From assembly GCA_018823885.1 (NCBI GenBank), contig JAHJHG010000009.1:783-64782 (forward strand): 64,000 bases of DNA. The letters are read 5' to 3'. Below, in pieces: positions 37,447 to 47,375 of the stretch (within the stretch, counting starts at the first letter, position 1; every line of letters begins with the position of its first letter). The notes under the pieces were generated by a model that was not told the origin of the DNA, ran no database searches, and saw only the letters and a program-made list of their open reading frames with translations. A program made the translations under genes and the position numbers. The stretch is from Patescibacteria group bacterium. GTDB lineage: Bacteria > Patescibacteriota > Microgenomatia > UBA8517.

Positions 37447-39231
37447 CTAAATAACTGGACCGGTACCCCTTAAGAAAATCGCTTGCCAGGGGCGGTAATT
37501 AGAATAGAATGTTTTCTCATATATTGTTTCTCCGCCTCTTTGAACTTTGTAAGTAAATCTACTTTTGGCTCCCCATGCTTTCCAGTCTATTTGCTTTATT
37601 GTTCCCTCTGGAAGAGTTGGGTCGTCGGTATAAAGATCTTCTGGTGGGGGAGTAACGTCTGTAGTGATGGGTTTGGTTGTTGTAGCGACTCTTCCGTCAG
37701 AAGTTCCGTAAATTTCAAAAACCAAACTCGCTGCCGCCGTATTTGTGTAAGTTTGAATAAGCAAGTGCCCTGGAGTATCGTTTTTGAACTTGAGGTCTGT
37801 GGTTGGACTATAGACAGTTGCATCAAATCCGACAGCGGAGTCTTGCTCATAATAACCAACCCGATATGCATGAGCCCTTCGTTCAATTACAGGGAGTCCG
37901 GCATCAAGTATGGCTCTGAAAAAAGTTGTTGAGACTTGGCAAACACCGCCACCATCACCTAACACCGTTTTACCATCTTTAATTATGTATGCTTGTTGGT
38001 AGCCGGTATACAAAGACACATCCCCCAATGTGTTATTAAAAGAAACGGTTTCACCCGGAGAAATAAGAACACCATTAAACTTTGAAGCGGCAAGAGAAAG
38101 ATTGTGAATTCTTGAAGAAATAGACCCCCGATAGCGGGAGGATCCTCTGCCGATAAGTTCTTTTATTCCAAGATTATTGACATCTCCAGTTTTTACGTCG
38201 GGCGCTGTTGTTTCGTAAGGAATTTCAAAAGAGACGGTTTTATTTTCAGTGGTCTCAAGAGTTCTTAAGTTTCCTGTAACCATGTTGACGAGAGAGTCTA
38301 TCTTTAAACTAACACCGTCCTTGGCCGGAGAGAATTCATTTACCCTTCCGCCATCGAAAACAAAAGTAGAGTTTTGAGGTTCGCGGTTAATACTGGAGGC
38401 AAGATCGGTGACGAGACTGAGAATTTCTTCCTCACTGTATTCACCTTTTGGGTCTAAGAGCGCAAAGACATCATCGTTCTTATATGTATAAGTTTGATAC
38501 TCGAAAGTTAAATAAAGACTCTTGTTAATGAGATTTTCTGCTCGTGCTCTAAAGCCCTCAACTTCTTCGTCTGTTAGGGTCGGATCAACATTTACTAGCG
38601 GGAGAGGAACTGGGGAAGTTTTAGAAAAAGCCAGAGTTTGACCAATTTCACTCCGAAGCGATTCTATATCAACCGCCTGACCTTTAACTCCTTTTTCTAC
38701 GACAACGAGGTTATTAACTAGCTTTGCCGAAGGGTAGATTGGCTCAACAGAAGCTTGCTCTGCAATAATTGAAAGAGACTCAAACAATTGGTCTTCATTT
38801 AGAGATAATCTTAAGCCTAAGTTGGCTGTTTTGAATGGTAGAACTAGTTTTTGCCATATGTCGTAAGCAAAGTTTCCTGTTTTATCCAATGTATATGCAG
38901 CTTGTGCTGATTTTTGAAAATCGTAGGAAAAATCAATTATTTCAAGTTCGATATCAAAAACCTGTTCGTTGCTAGTGAGGGAGATTTTTTCTGGAGAAGT
39001 AATCGTTGTTGAAAGAAGTTCTATTGCTTCTTCTGGTGTTTTGCCTCCCAGGGATATTCCAGCGACCATAACTCCTGGGGAAATTCTACCTAACAACAGG
39101 ATAAAGTAGAAAATATTTAAAAAGAAGACAGACAAAAACACCTTGAACCAGATATTAAAAGTTTTGTCTTTTCTTAAATTATCTAGCTTAATTTTTATTT
39201 TTTTCTTAAATTCCTTGTTGAACATCCTCAC
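37447..39231 (-). CDS. VanW-family protein (membrane-anchored, with PG-binding-like region)
   Basis: N-terminal TM. C-terminal VanW block GDGGGVCQVSTTFFRAILDAGLPVIERRAH. Confidence 0.65.
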   Translation of the reverse strand: MRMFNKEFKKKIKIKLDNLRKDKTFNIWFKVFLSVFFLNIFYFILLLGRISPGVMVAGISLGGKTPEEAIELLSTTITSPEKISLTSNEQVFDIELEIIDFSYDFQKSAQAAYTLDKTGNFAYDIWQKLVLPFKTANLGLRLSLNEDQLFESLSIIAEQASVEPIYPSAKLVNNLVVVEKGVKGQAVDIESLRSEIGQTLAFSKTSPVPLPLVNVDPTLTDEEVEGFRARAENLINKSLYLTFEYQTYTYKNDDVFALLDPKGEYSEEEILSLVTDLASSINREPQNSTFVFDGGRVNEFSPAKDGVSLKIDSLVNMVTGNLRTLETTENKTVSFEIPYETTAPDVKTGDVNNLGIKELIGRGSSRYRGSISSRIHNLSLAASKFNGVLISPGETVSFNNTLGDVSLYTGYQQAYIIKDGKTVLGDGGGVCQVSTTFFRAILDAGLPVIERRAHAYRVGYYEQDSAVGFDATVYSPTTDLKFKNDTPGHLLIQTYTNTAAASLVFEIYGTSDGRVATTTKPITTDVTPPPEDLYTDDPTLPEGTIKQIDWKAWGAKSRFTYKVQRGGETIYEKTFYSNYRPWQAIFLRGTGPVI

Positions 39232-39275
39232 AAATAGTATGATAACATCTAGGTAGGATTAAGGGTAAATTTAAT

Positions 39276-40736
39276 ATGTCTGCTCTAGATAATTCCTCAC
39301 CAGCTCAGGTCAATTCAGCACAACCGCAACCTCAAGGAGCGAGTTCGGTGCCAACAGCGCCAGTGGGACTAAGCCCTATTCTTGAGCCCAGTAGTACGAC
39401 GGGGCCCGAAACACCACCGCCACCAAAAAAAGGTTTTCCAAAAATCGTGGCCATACTAGGAGCAGTAATCCTGGTTTTTGTTTTGTTTTTCGTTGTTTGG
39501 AAATTGGTTCTACCAATGTTAAGCAAAAACAAAGAAATAACTCTTACCTGGTGGGGCTTATGGGAAGATTCCTCTGCCGTTGCCCCTCTTATCGCCGAGT
39601 ATGAGCAACAAAACCCAAATATAAAGATTAGTTATGTAAAACAATCACATCAGGACTATAGAGAAAGATTGACCAATGCCTTAGCCCAAGGAAGTGGGCC
39701 GGATATTTTCAGATTTCACAATACTTGGGTGCCCATGTTTAAGGGTGAACTCGATAGTGTACCAGCTTCAGTTATGAGTGCTGCTGAATACGCGGAAAGT
39801 TATTATTCGATAGTCTCGTCCGATTTAACTAATGCCACAGGGCTTGCTGGTATTCCTTTAGGTTATGATGCTTTAACACTTTATATAAATGAGGACATTT
39901 TTGAAGCAGCTGGTAAAAGCGTACCAGCAACATGGGATGACTTGAGACAATTGGCAATAGAGTTAACAACAAAAGATGAACAAGGAACGATAACTCAAGC
40001 GGGGGTTGCTTTGGGGAGAACAGAAAACGTTGACCATTGGCCGGAAATATTAGGACTAATGATGCTCCAAAATGGGGCAAATCCAGCAAAACCAACAGAC
40101 AAGAGGGCCGAAGACGCTTTGACTTATTTCACTATTTTTTCCTCATCAGATGGGGTGTGGGATGAAACTTTGCCCGCCTCAACCGTATCTTTTGCGGCAG
40201 GCAAGCTCGCTATGTATTTTGGTCCGTCATGGCGTGCCTTTGAGATAAGCCAACAGAATCCTGGACTTAGGTTTAAAACAGTACCTTTACCTCAATTACC
40301 CAAAGATACCCCAAGTCAGCCTGATATTTCTTATGCAACTTATTGGGTGGAAGGAGTGTGGACAAGGAGTCCAAATAAAGAGGCTGCATGGGATTTTATG
40401 AAGTTTATTTCAAGCAGCGCTTCTTTAGAAAAAATGTACCAAAATGCTAGCCAAACACGGGCTTTTGGAGAACCTTATCCAAGAACAGATATGGCAGAGC
40501 TACTAACAAGTCATCCTATTATCGGTTCAGTAGTTGCGCAAGCACCTGATGCTCAAAGTTGGTATTTAGCTTCAAGAACTCACGATGGTCCAACAGGGAT
40601 AAATACGCAAGTTATTAAATATTATAAAGATGCAATAAATGCGGTGAATTTAGGAGAACGATCAGATAAAGCGCTAGAGACAGTTACTGCAGGAGTTGCA
40701 CAAGTTCTTTCTCAATACGGACTAATTAGCCAATGA
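39276..40736 (+). CDS. Extracellular solute-binding protein (ABC-type, family 1), orphan
   Basis: Pro-rich N-terminus plus TM anchor, then SBP_bac_1-like TWWGLWEDS...YVKQSHQDYRERL. No permease or ATPase genes adjacent. Confidence 0.55.
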   Translation: MSALDNSSPAQVNSAQPQPQGASSVPTAPVGLSPILEPSSTTGPETPPPPKKGFPKIVAILGAVILVFVLFFVVWKLVLPMLSKNKEITLTWWGLWEDSSAVAPLIAEYEQQNPNIKISYVKQSHQDYRERLTNALAQGSGPDIFRFHNTWVPMFKGELDSVPASVMSAAEYAESYYSIVSSDLTNATGLAGIPLGYDALTLYINEDIFEAAGKSVPATWDDLRQLAIELTTKDEQGTITQAGVALGRTENVDHWPEILGLMMLQNGANPAKPTDKRAEDALTYFTIFSSSDGVWDETLPASTVSFAAGKLAMYFGPSWRAFEISQQNPGLRFKTVPLPQLPKDTPSQPDISYATYWVEGVWTRSPNKEAAWDFMKFISSSASLEKMYQNASQTRAFGEPYPRTDMAELLTSHPIIGSVVAQAPDAQSWYLASRTHDGPTGINTQVIKYYKDAINAVNLGERSDKALETVTAGVAQVLSQYGLISQ

Positions 40737-41629
40737 GCTTAATTACAGAAACCAATAGAAGTAAAGATAAACACGCCATATCTCCCCAAATGATACTTTT
40801 GGGAGAGAAAGAGATATCTAGCCTTATTTATCATGATATTTTCGATTATCCGCTAACTCCACTAGAACTTATTAATTGGACGGCTGGAGAAAAAATATAT
40901 TTTAAGAATCTCGAAAACGTAAAAATATCAACCAAAAATGGTTTTCTCTTTCTTAGTGGTAAGGAAGGGTCTACCTTGAAACGTTTAATGAGAGAAAGAA
41001 TTTCAAAAAGAAAGATTGAGAAAGCAAAAAAAGCTGCCAAGATACTATCTTTCTTGCCAACAATAAAGATGATTGCTATCACTGGTGCTTTGGCAATGAA
41101 AAATGTGAATGAAGAATCCGATATTGATTTTCTAGTGATAACCAAAAAGGGGAGCCTTTGGACAACAAGGCTTCTTGCTATGGCATTATTGAAAATATTC
41201 GGGGTTCCCAGGAGGAGATATGGAGACAAGAGAACAAAAGACAAACTTTGTTTAAACATCTGGCTTGATGAGAGTGATTTGGTCTGGAGTAACAATAGTA
41301 GAGATATCTTTACCTCTCACGAGATATCTCAAATAATTCCCTTAATAAACAAAGACCAGGCTTATGAGAGGTTTCTCTCGAAAAATATCTGGATCACCGA
41401 TTATTGGCCTAACGCTACGAGTGCAAGGGTTGGAAAAGAAAAAAAAAGAAGTAAAACAAAAAAAAGAGGGGTTGCATTAAGGTTTGTGGAATTTTTGGCT
41501 AGGAAAGCTCAATATCGGTATATGAAAGATAAAATTACACGCGAGACGGTTACTCCCACTCGCGCCCTTTTCCATCCAGTAGATTGGGCAAGTCTTATTT
41601 CTTCAAAGCTGGAGTTGTATAAAAGTTGA
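40733..41629 (+). CDS. Nucleotidyltransferase (Pol-beta superfamily) domain protein
   Basis: GS...D.D motif TGALAMKNVNEESDIDFLVI. ATGA overlap with the SBP gene. Confidence 0.5.
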   Translation: MSLITETNRSKDKHAISPQMILLGEKEISSLIYHDIFDYPLTPLELINWTAGEKIYFKNLENVKISTKNGFLFLSGKEGSTLKRLMRERISKRKIEKAKKAAKILSFLPTIKMIAITGALAMKNVNEESDIDFLVITKKGSLWTTRLLAMALLKIFGVPRRRYGDKRTKDKLCLNIWLDESDLVWSNNSRDIFTSHEISQIIPLINKDQAYERFLSKNIWITDYWPNATSARVGKEKKRSKTKKRGVALRFVEFLARKAQYRYMKDKITRETVTPTRALFHPVDWASLISSKLELYKS

Positions 41630-41656
41630 AATTTACTCTCAAAAACCAATTAGGTC

Positions 41657-41711
41657 TTGACAAGGCGAGGAGTACTTTACTAAAATAGCACTCGCTGTTA
41701 GGAATTGCTAA
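41657..41711 (+). promoter_or_regulatory. sigma70-like promoter (TTGACA-18-TAAAAT) with overlapping degenerate CIRCE-like inverted repeat upstream of groES
   Basis: TTGACA at 41657-41662, TAAAAT at 41681-41686. ATAGCACTC-N9-AATTGCTAA at 41685-41711 (15/18 match to TTAGCACTC-N9-GAGTGCTAA). Confidence 0.5.
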
Positions 41712-41731
41712 CAGTTTTTATATTTAGACAT

Positions 41732-42052
41732 ATGGGCGCAAAAATTAAAGCAGCAATAAAAAGCGACATTAAACCTACGGCAGGCCACATCCTCGTTGAG
41801 CCGGTGGAAGCCGAGAAAAAAACCGCCTCCGGGATATATCTTCCTGATTCTTCTGAAGAAAAGCCAATGAAGGGAAAAGTTTTAGCAGTAGGCCCCGATG
41901 AGGTAATGGAAAATGGCACAAAGAAAAAATCTCCCGTAAAAGTAGGCGATTATATTATTTATAAAAAGTGGGGGGGTAGTGAGGTCAAAATTGATGGTCA
42001 AGAATATCTTTTTGCGAAATTTGAAGATATATTGGCGATTCTAAAAAAATAA
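41732..42052 (+). CDS. groES: Co-chaperonin GroES
   Basis: GHILVEP...[19 protein letters not shown]. Confidence 0.9.
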   Translation: MGAKIKAAIKSDIKPTAGHILVEPVEAEKKTASGIYLPDSSEEKPMKGKVLAVGPDEVMENGTKKKSPVKVGDYIIYKKWGGSEVKIDGQEYLFAKFEDILAILKK

Positions 42053-42053
42053 C

Positions 42054-43682
42054 ATGGCAAAACAATTAAAATTTGCTGAAGAAGCAAGACAAGCACTATT
42101 GGCAGGTATTGATATTGTTGCCAAGGCTGTCGTCACAACCCTTGGGCCAAAAGGGAGAAATATTGCCTTAGATAAGAAATGGGGAGCCCCAAATGTTGTT
42201 CATGACGGTGTAACGGTTGCGAAAGAAATAGAGCTGAAAGATCCGTTTGAGAATATGGGAGCACAACTTGTTAAAGAGGCAGCGGATAAGACAAATGATG
42301 TAGCAGGAGATGGAACAACCACAGCTACTCTTTTGGCCCGAGAGATGAGCGCCGCTGGAATGAAATATATTACCGCTGGTGCAAACCCAATGATTGTCAA
42401 GAAGGGGATGGAAAAAGCAGTAGAAACAGCCATAAAAGAACTAAAAAAGATAGCTAAGCCTATTAAGAATAAAGAGGAAATTTCCCAGGTTGCAATAATT
42501 TCGGCTGGGGACGAGAAAATCGGTCGCAAAATCGCTGAAGCTCTTGGTGAAAGAGATAGAGTGGTAACAGTTGAAGAGGGAAGAGGTTTCGAGATCGAAA
42601 TAGAATACAAAGAAGGGATGGAGTTTGATAAGGGGTATTTGTCTCCTTATTTTGTAACAAATCCTGAGAAAATGGAGGCCGAAATCGAGAAGGCGCACAT
42701 TCTTCTTACCGATAAAAAAATATCGTCTGTTCAAGAACTTCTTCCTTTCTTAGAGAAATTGGTTAAAGTAAATAAAAATATAGTTATTATTGCCGATGAT
42801 ATTGAGGGCGAAGCGCTAGCAACGTTAGTGGTTAACAAAATAAAGGGAACATTTAACATGTTGGCTATCAAAGCGCCTGGATTTGGCGATAGCAGAAAAG
42901 AAATACTCGAGGATATTGCCATACTTACTGGTGGAACAGTCATTAGCGAAGAAGCCGGTCGTACTTTTGAGTCAGTCGAGATTGAAGACTTGGGGCAAGC
43001 AGATAAAGTATGGGCAGATAAAGAAAGCGCAAGGATTATCGGTGGAAAAGGCGGTGCAAAAGCAATAAAAGAGAGAGTAATTTCATTAAGATCGCAGATA
43101 GAGGAGTCAGAGTCAGATTTTGACAAAGAAAAACTAGAAGAGCGCTTGGCAAAGCTTACGGGAGGAGTTGCTCAAATTAATGTTGGGGCGGCTACAGAGG
43201 TTGAGCTTAATGAGAAAAAAGAAAGAGTTAAAGATGCAGTTGGGGCTACAAAAGCAGCCATTGAAGAAGGAATATTGCCAGGTGGAGGAGTGGCCTATCT
43301 TCGAGCAAGAAAATCACTTTCCAATATAAAAACAGAAAATGACGATGAAAAAGTTGGAGTTGATATTGTTTATCATGCTCTTGAGCAACCGGTCCGCTGG
43401 CTTGCCAAAAACGCAGGTGAAGATGATGGTTACGTTCTAAAGAAAATTGAGGAACAAAAAGACAGCGACTATGGATACAATGCTCTCACCAACAAGTTTG
43501 AATTAATGACAAAGAATGGTATCTTGGATCCTCTTAAAGTAACTCGTTCAGCTCTTCAAAACGCAGCCTCAGTGGCCATGATGGTCTTGACAACAGAAGG
43601 ATTAATAACGGATATCCCAGAAGAAGAAAAATCTCCGGTTGGTGGACCCCAGCAGCCTCCTGGTATGGGAATGGGATATTAA
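42054..43682 (+). CDS. groEL: Chaperonin GroEL
   Basis: [13 protein letters not shown]...[11 protein letters not shown]...C-terminal GMGMGY. Confidence 0.95.
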   Translation: MAKQLKFAEEARQALLAGIDIVAKAVVTTLGPKGRNIALDKKWGAPNVVHDGVTVAKEIELKDPFENMGAQLVKEAADKTNDVAGDGTTTATLLAREMSAAGMKYITAGANPMIVKKGMEKAVETAIKELKKIAKPIKNKEEISQVAIISAGDEKIGRKIAEALGERDRVVTVEEGRGFEIEIEYKEGMEFDKGYLSPYFVTNPEKMEAEIEKAHILLTDKKISSVQELLPFLEKLVKVNKNIVIIADDIEGEALATLVVNKIKGTFNMLAIKAPGFGDSRKEILEDIAILTGGTVISEEAGRTFESVEIEDLGQADKVWADKESARIIGGKGGAKAIKERVISLRSQIEESESDFDKEKLEERLAKLTGGVAQINVGAATEVELNEKKERVKDAVGATKAAIEEGILPGGGVAYLRARKSLSNIKTENDDEKVGVDIVYHALEQPVRWLAKNAGEDDGYVLKKIEEQKDSDYGYNALTNKFELMTKNGILDPLKVTRSALQNAASVAMMVLTTEGLITDIPEEEKSPVGGPQQPPGMGMGY

Positions 43683-43757
43683 AATAAGAGATATTTAGAA
43701 TTATTAACCTCAGTTAGTGGCTTATCTATTTTCGGTATATAATTCACCCAATTATAT

Positions 43758-44129
43758 ATGTCACACATTGAAAGAAAAGATTTGATTGGGCTACTACCAG
43801 AAGAGTGGCGTCGGTATGTGGTTTCAATTCATAGGGCAGCAAGAGAAATATTGCCCTTATTAGGAAAAGATCCAAGTAATGAAAATATTATCTCATTTAT
43901 TGAGGATGCGAGAATATCATATGTTAAAAACATATTTTTGGCAGAAGAAGCGGCAAAGATAAGATGCAGGGAAGAATTGGAATTAGAAGAAAAATACAAA
44001 GAAATTAATTTATCAAAAAAACAAATAGAGAATAGAGTAAAAAAGGAGATTGAAGAAAGATATAAAGAAATTGATATTGATCCTGAAAGAAACTGCTCCT
44101 TTTTAGATGAATTTCTTTTTATAGAATAA
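43758..44129 (+). CDS. Hypothetical protein (123 aa, E/K-rich)
   Basis: ORF only. Confidence 0.35.
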   Translation: MSHIERKDLIGLLPEEWRRYVVSIHRAAREILPLLGKDPSNENIISFIEDARISYVKNIFLAEEAAKIRCREELELEEKYKEINLSKKQIENRVKKEIEERYKEIDIDPERNCSFLDEFLFIE

Positions 44130-44168
44130 ACATTGTCTTTTTTGTCTTTCAAGCTTAGAATCAACGTT

Positions 44169-44696
44169 ATGACAGCTTCTGAGTTTAAAGAAAGAAACCC
44201 GACAGAAATCCAACAAGCAACTCTTGTTTTCTTAATAAGAGGAAGAGGAAAAGATAAAGAAATACTTCTTGCTATGAAGAAGAGGGGTTTTGGTGAAGGC
44301 TGGTGGAATGGAATAGGGGGAAAGATTGAACCAGGGGAGACTCCAACGCTGGCCGCATTTAGAGAAGGATTTGAGGAAGCGGGAGTACATTTAAGCGAGA
44401 TAAGAAAAGTAGCATTGCTTCACTTTTATTTCCCTGAAGATCCTGACAAACGGGATTGGAATCAAGATGTACATGTTTATATTGCAACTAACTGGCTAGG
44501 GGAGCCAAAAGAAACAGAAGAAATGAAGCCTAAATGGTTTAGAGTTGCTAATATTCCGTATGAGAATATGTGGGACGGTGACCCGCTTTGGCTTTCCCGA
44601 ATCCTTCAAGAGGAGAAAATAGAAGCGTGGTTTAACTTTGATGACAGAAATAAAGTTTTAGATTACAAAATAGGAAAATTTAGTGAGGAAGAATAG
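44169..44696 (+). CDS. NUDIX hydrolase
   Basis: Nudix box GGKIEPGETPTLAAFREGFEEAGV. Confidence 0.7.
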   Translation: MTASEFKERNPTEIQQATLVFLIRGRGKDKEILLAMKKRGFGEGWWNGIGGKIEPGETPTLAAFREGFEEAGVHLSEIRKVALLHFYFPEDPDKRDWNQDVHVYIATNWLGEPKETEEMKPKWFRVANIPYENMWDGDPLWLSRILQEEKIEAWFNFDDRNKVLDYKIGKFSEEE

Positions 44697-45387
44697 AAAG
44701 AGGATTAATTGCTCTTCCATGATCACGAACTTCCAAATGTAAATGGTCCCCAAAAGAGCGTCCTGTAGCACCCATTTCACCCAACTTTGTGTCCATGGTA
44801 ACTTCTTGTCCCTCTTTAGCCTCGATTTCAGAAAGATGAGCATAGAGAGAAGTGATCCCGTTTCCGTGGTTAATTATCACAGCGTTTCCATAGGCGAAGC
44901 GTGAATAAGAAACATCTTCAATGACACCAGTCATAATAGGGTAAATAGCTTCACCAGTAAGGCCGTCGAAATCAATTCCTGGGTGATAAAGCTTGTAGGT
45001 TTGTGTTATCAAGATTTCCTTAACAGGGTATTGAATTCCATGCTCAGTCGTGAGTGGCGTAGTTTCTTGAGTAATAATTGATAAATCAGGCTCTGTATCA
45101 AAATTTGCCGCTACAGGCATAAAAGAGCTGACAAGGATCATAATTGCGAGGTTGGTTCCTAAGATTCTCTTTATTTTTTCGTGCTCAAATATGTGCCTGA
45201 AGTAGCGTGAAATTTTACTTCCTTTTCTGGCACGCAAAATCCCGCCCAGGTCAGGAATTAGTGGGGTTTTATTTGAAGATTTTCGCCCTTTTACGAAACG
45301 TAAATCAAGGCGGCGCCCTTTAGGCATATTTATAGATAGTCGTATCATATTGTTCCGACTAACGTGCGGAACAGACGTTACTATCAA
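44680..45387 (-). CDS. M23-family metallopeptidase (membrane-anchored)
   Basis: HPGIDFDG and HLHLEVRDHGRAINP motifs. N-terminal TM. Confidence 0.7.
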   Translation of the reverse strand: MIVTSVPHVSRNNMIRLSINMPKGRRLDLRFVKGRKSSNKTPLIPDLGGILRARKGSKISRYFRHIFEHEKIKRILGTNLAIMILVSSFMPVAANFDTEPDLSIITQETTPLTTEHGIQYPVKEILITQTYKLYHPGIDFDGLTGEAIYPIMTGVIEDVSYSRFAYGNAVIINHGNGITSLYAHLSEIEAKEGQEVTMDTKLGEMGATGRSFGDHLHLEVRDHGRAINPLSILPH

Positions 45388-45412
45388 AAAACCAGAGCTG
45401 TAGCCCTGGGCA

Positions 45413-45440
45413 TAAAAAAATCTCGCCTGAAATTGCGAGA
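45413..45440 (-). terminator. Rho-independent terminator after the LAGLIDADG endonuclease gene / tRNA-Cys transcript
   Basis: Hairpin TCTCGC-ctgaaatt-GCGAGA, followed on the minus strand by T7. Confidence 0.5.
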
Positions 45441-45503
45441 TGTCGCTATTTTAGCCTATGAAATCCTAAAAATCAAGTTTTGAGGTTTAGAAAGAGACCC
45501 GTT

Positions 45504-46175
45504 TTAAATTTCAGATAAATATACAGCTTTTCTTTTTAGTGAAATTATGTGGTTCGGGTAATACATGTATCTCAGTAGTTTATAAGTGTCTTTTTGCCCA
45601 TAACCAAGTTTATATTGGTGTGGACCATATTGTCCTATTGCTCTTTTAGCCAAAATTAGCTTTTCAGTCAATATTTGTCTTAGCGCTACTAAGAATAGTT
45701 TACTTCCGCTAGTAAAGTTGCTTCTTGTCTCAGTGTATAGCTTTCCATTTTTGCTTGCCCGATAAGTAATATTATGAACACTGCCGTCTCCGTCGAAAAA
45801 GCCTCTGATAAAATCATGGAGATATTTATTGGGCACATATGGGAATTTGAGAGTCGTTGAGTTACTTCTTGTGCCGCCCAATTTTTTTAAGTCATGATAA
45901 AGCTTTTTGGAGTGGAGAGTAAGGTAATGTGAGCCTTGAAGCACTCCATTGTTAAAAAATCTATATATTTTAGCATTTGAACCAGCCACCTGTTTTATAA
46001 GCTCGAGGTGTTTATAGTCTTTGGAGGAAAAGCTTACTCGATAAGATCGTTCATGCTTCATGTCTCCATCTGCAAACCAAAAGCCAAGAACATATGCCAT
46101 TTTTGGAGACCAGGCAGAGAAGAAGCTTTCATTTAAGGTATATTTTCTGGAGTGATGAGGAAGGGTCATAAACAA
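45504..46175 (-). CDS. LAGLIDADG homing endonuclease (double-motif, single-chain)
   Basis: Two LAGLIDADG motifs: VLGFWFADGD and IRGFFDGDGSV. Free-standing gene 43 nt downstream of tRNA-Cys. Confidence 0.75.
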   Translation of the reverse strand: MFMTLPHHSRKYTLNESFFSAWSPKMAYVLGFWFADGDMKHERSYRVSFSSKDYKHLELIKQVAGSNAKIYRFFNNGVLQGSHYLTLHSKKLYHDLKKLGGTRSNSTTLKFPYVPNKYLHDFIRGFFDGDGSVHNITYRASKNGKLYTETRSNFTSGSKLFLVALRQILTEKLILAKRAIGQYGPHQYKLGYGQKDTYKLLRYMYYPNHIISLKRKAVYLSEI

Positions 46176-46218
46176 TTATAATCCGAAGGAAATGTGAAGT
46201 TAAGGATCAAAGTAAGGG

Positions 46219-46289
46219 AGATCGCGGCGGGATTCGAACCCGCGTAATCTGTTTTGCAGACAGATCTCTAGCCTCTCGAGCACGCGATC
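46219..46289 (-). tRNA. tRNA-Cys (anticodon GCA)
   Basis: Manually folded: 7-bp acceptor GATCGCG/CGCGATC, anticodon stem TCTGT/ACAGA with loop CTGCAAA, T-arm GCGGG-TTCGAAT-CCCGC, discriminator U73 (the Cys identity element). CCA not encoded. Confidence 0.7.
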
Positions 46290-46341
46290 GCGAAGTCTAT
46301 TTTACCTTAAACTACACAGGAAAACAAAACCCTCAGCCTAC

Positions 46342-46368
46342 TTTAGCGCTCCGACCTCCTGAGTGCTA
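46342..46368 (+). promoter_or_regulatory. CIRCE (HrcA operator) element, near-consensus
   Basis: TTAGCGCTC-N9-GAGTGCTAA, a 17/18 match to the CIRCE consensus TTAGCACTC-N9-GAGTGCTAA. Lies about 95 nt upstream of the PEGA/SH3 gene start. Confidence 0.6.
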
Positions 46369-46464
46369 AGTATATAACAGTAGGGGAGTGGGTTGTTAAA
46401 AATTAGGCTTTATGATAAAAAAGGTTGTCACCTGTTTTACATCGTGATAAACTGCTTTCCGCAA

Positions 46465-47364
46465 ATGAAAAAATTAAGAGCAATATCAATTGTTTTAGTC
46501 GTAGCAGGATTTATTCTCGGAATTGTTTTTTTTGTAGTAGGAAGTTTTAAGCCGAAATCAGCAGGTATCACAATCGAGACAGTACCCGCTGCGAGCATTA
46601 TCATTGATGGTGAACAAGTTGGGAGAACCCCTTATAGCGGAACAAGAAAACCTGGAGAAATTACGATAAAACTTATTCCGGAATCTTTCGAAGCCCCCCT
46701 TGCGCCATTTGAAACGAAGGTTACTCTTGTTGCCGGAATAGAAACCATCGTGAAAAGGGAATTCGGCGAATCGGATGAAACATCCTCAGGTGAAATTATC
46801 TCTTTTGAGAAGATAGGTGGAAAAGAAGCCAGCCTTGCTGTGGTTTCAATTCCTGATGCGGCACAAATATCAATTGACGGATCAATCAGAGGATTCGCGC
46901 CTTATAAAACAAGTTCTATTGTTCCTGGTGAACATCAAGTAATAGTTTATGCTCCAGGTTTCTCCGAAAAGAGTTTTTCTTTAAGGACGACCGAGGGATA
47001 CAAATTAACGGCGGTGGTTAAGCTAAAACCGAACGGGGAAGAAGTTTTATCCGATGAAGATGAGACGCCAGAAGAACCAAAACAAGAAGAGGTGGAGATA
47101 TTGTCAACACCAACAGGGTTCTTAAGAGTTAGAAGCGAGCCCTCCACGGCAGGGGAAGAAGTTGCCCAAGTTGAGCCTGGTGAGCGCTATCCTTATTTAG
47201 ACACGGATGAGGATACGGGTTGGTTTAAAATCGAATATGAAGATGGAGAAGAAGGTTGGGTTTCGAACCAATACGCTAAAATAATTGAACCTGGCGTAGA
47301 TAATGAGGAAGAAGAACCTTCACCTACTCCTACCGCCAGTCCTGAACCATCGCCTGCTCCTTAA
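46465..47364 (+). CDS. Membrane-anchored protein with two PEGA domains, SH3b domain and Pro-rich C-terminal tail
   Basis: PEGA-like ITIETVPAASIIIDGEQVGRTPY and VVSIPDAAQISIDGSIRGFAPY. SH3_3-like GFLRVRSEPSTAGEEVAQVEPGERYPY...GWVSNQY. Confidence 0.55.
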   Translation: MKKLRAISIVLVVAGFILGIVFFVVGSFKPKSAGITIETVPAASIIIDGEQVGRTPYSGTRKPGEITIKLIPESFEAPLAPFETKVTLVAGIETIVKREFGESDETSSGEIISFEKIGGKEASLAVVSIPDAAQISIDGSIRGFAPYKTSSIVPGEHQVIVYAPGFSEKSFSLRTTEGYKLTAVVKLKPNGEEVLSDEDETPEEPKQEEVEILSTPTGFLRVRSEPSTAGEEVAQVEPGERYPYLDTDEDTGWFKIEYEDGEEGWVSNQYAKIIEPGVDNEEEEPSPTPTASPEPSPAP

Positions 47365-47375
47365 ATAGAAGATTA

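Noticed and set aside
40733-41629. Nucleotidyltransferase as a CBASS cyclase
   Set aside because: No adjacent effector (phospholipase, TM, nuclease) or Cap genes. The GS...DxD motif is generic to the Pol-beta superfamily.
44680-44696. 17-nt convergent overlap of the Nudix and M23 peptidase 3' ends as a regulatory feature
   Set aside because: Short convergent 3' overlaps are common in compact genomes. No hairpin or other signal was seen.
45504-46175. LAGLIDADG gene as intron- or intein-encoded
   Set aside because: It is not nested in any host gene and has its own start right after tRNA-Cys. No flanking exon-like halves were found, so it is treated as free-standing.
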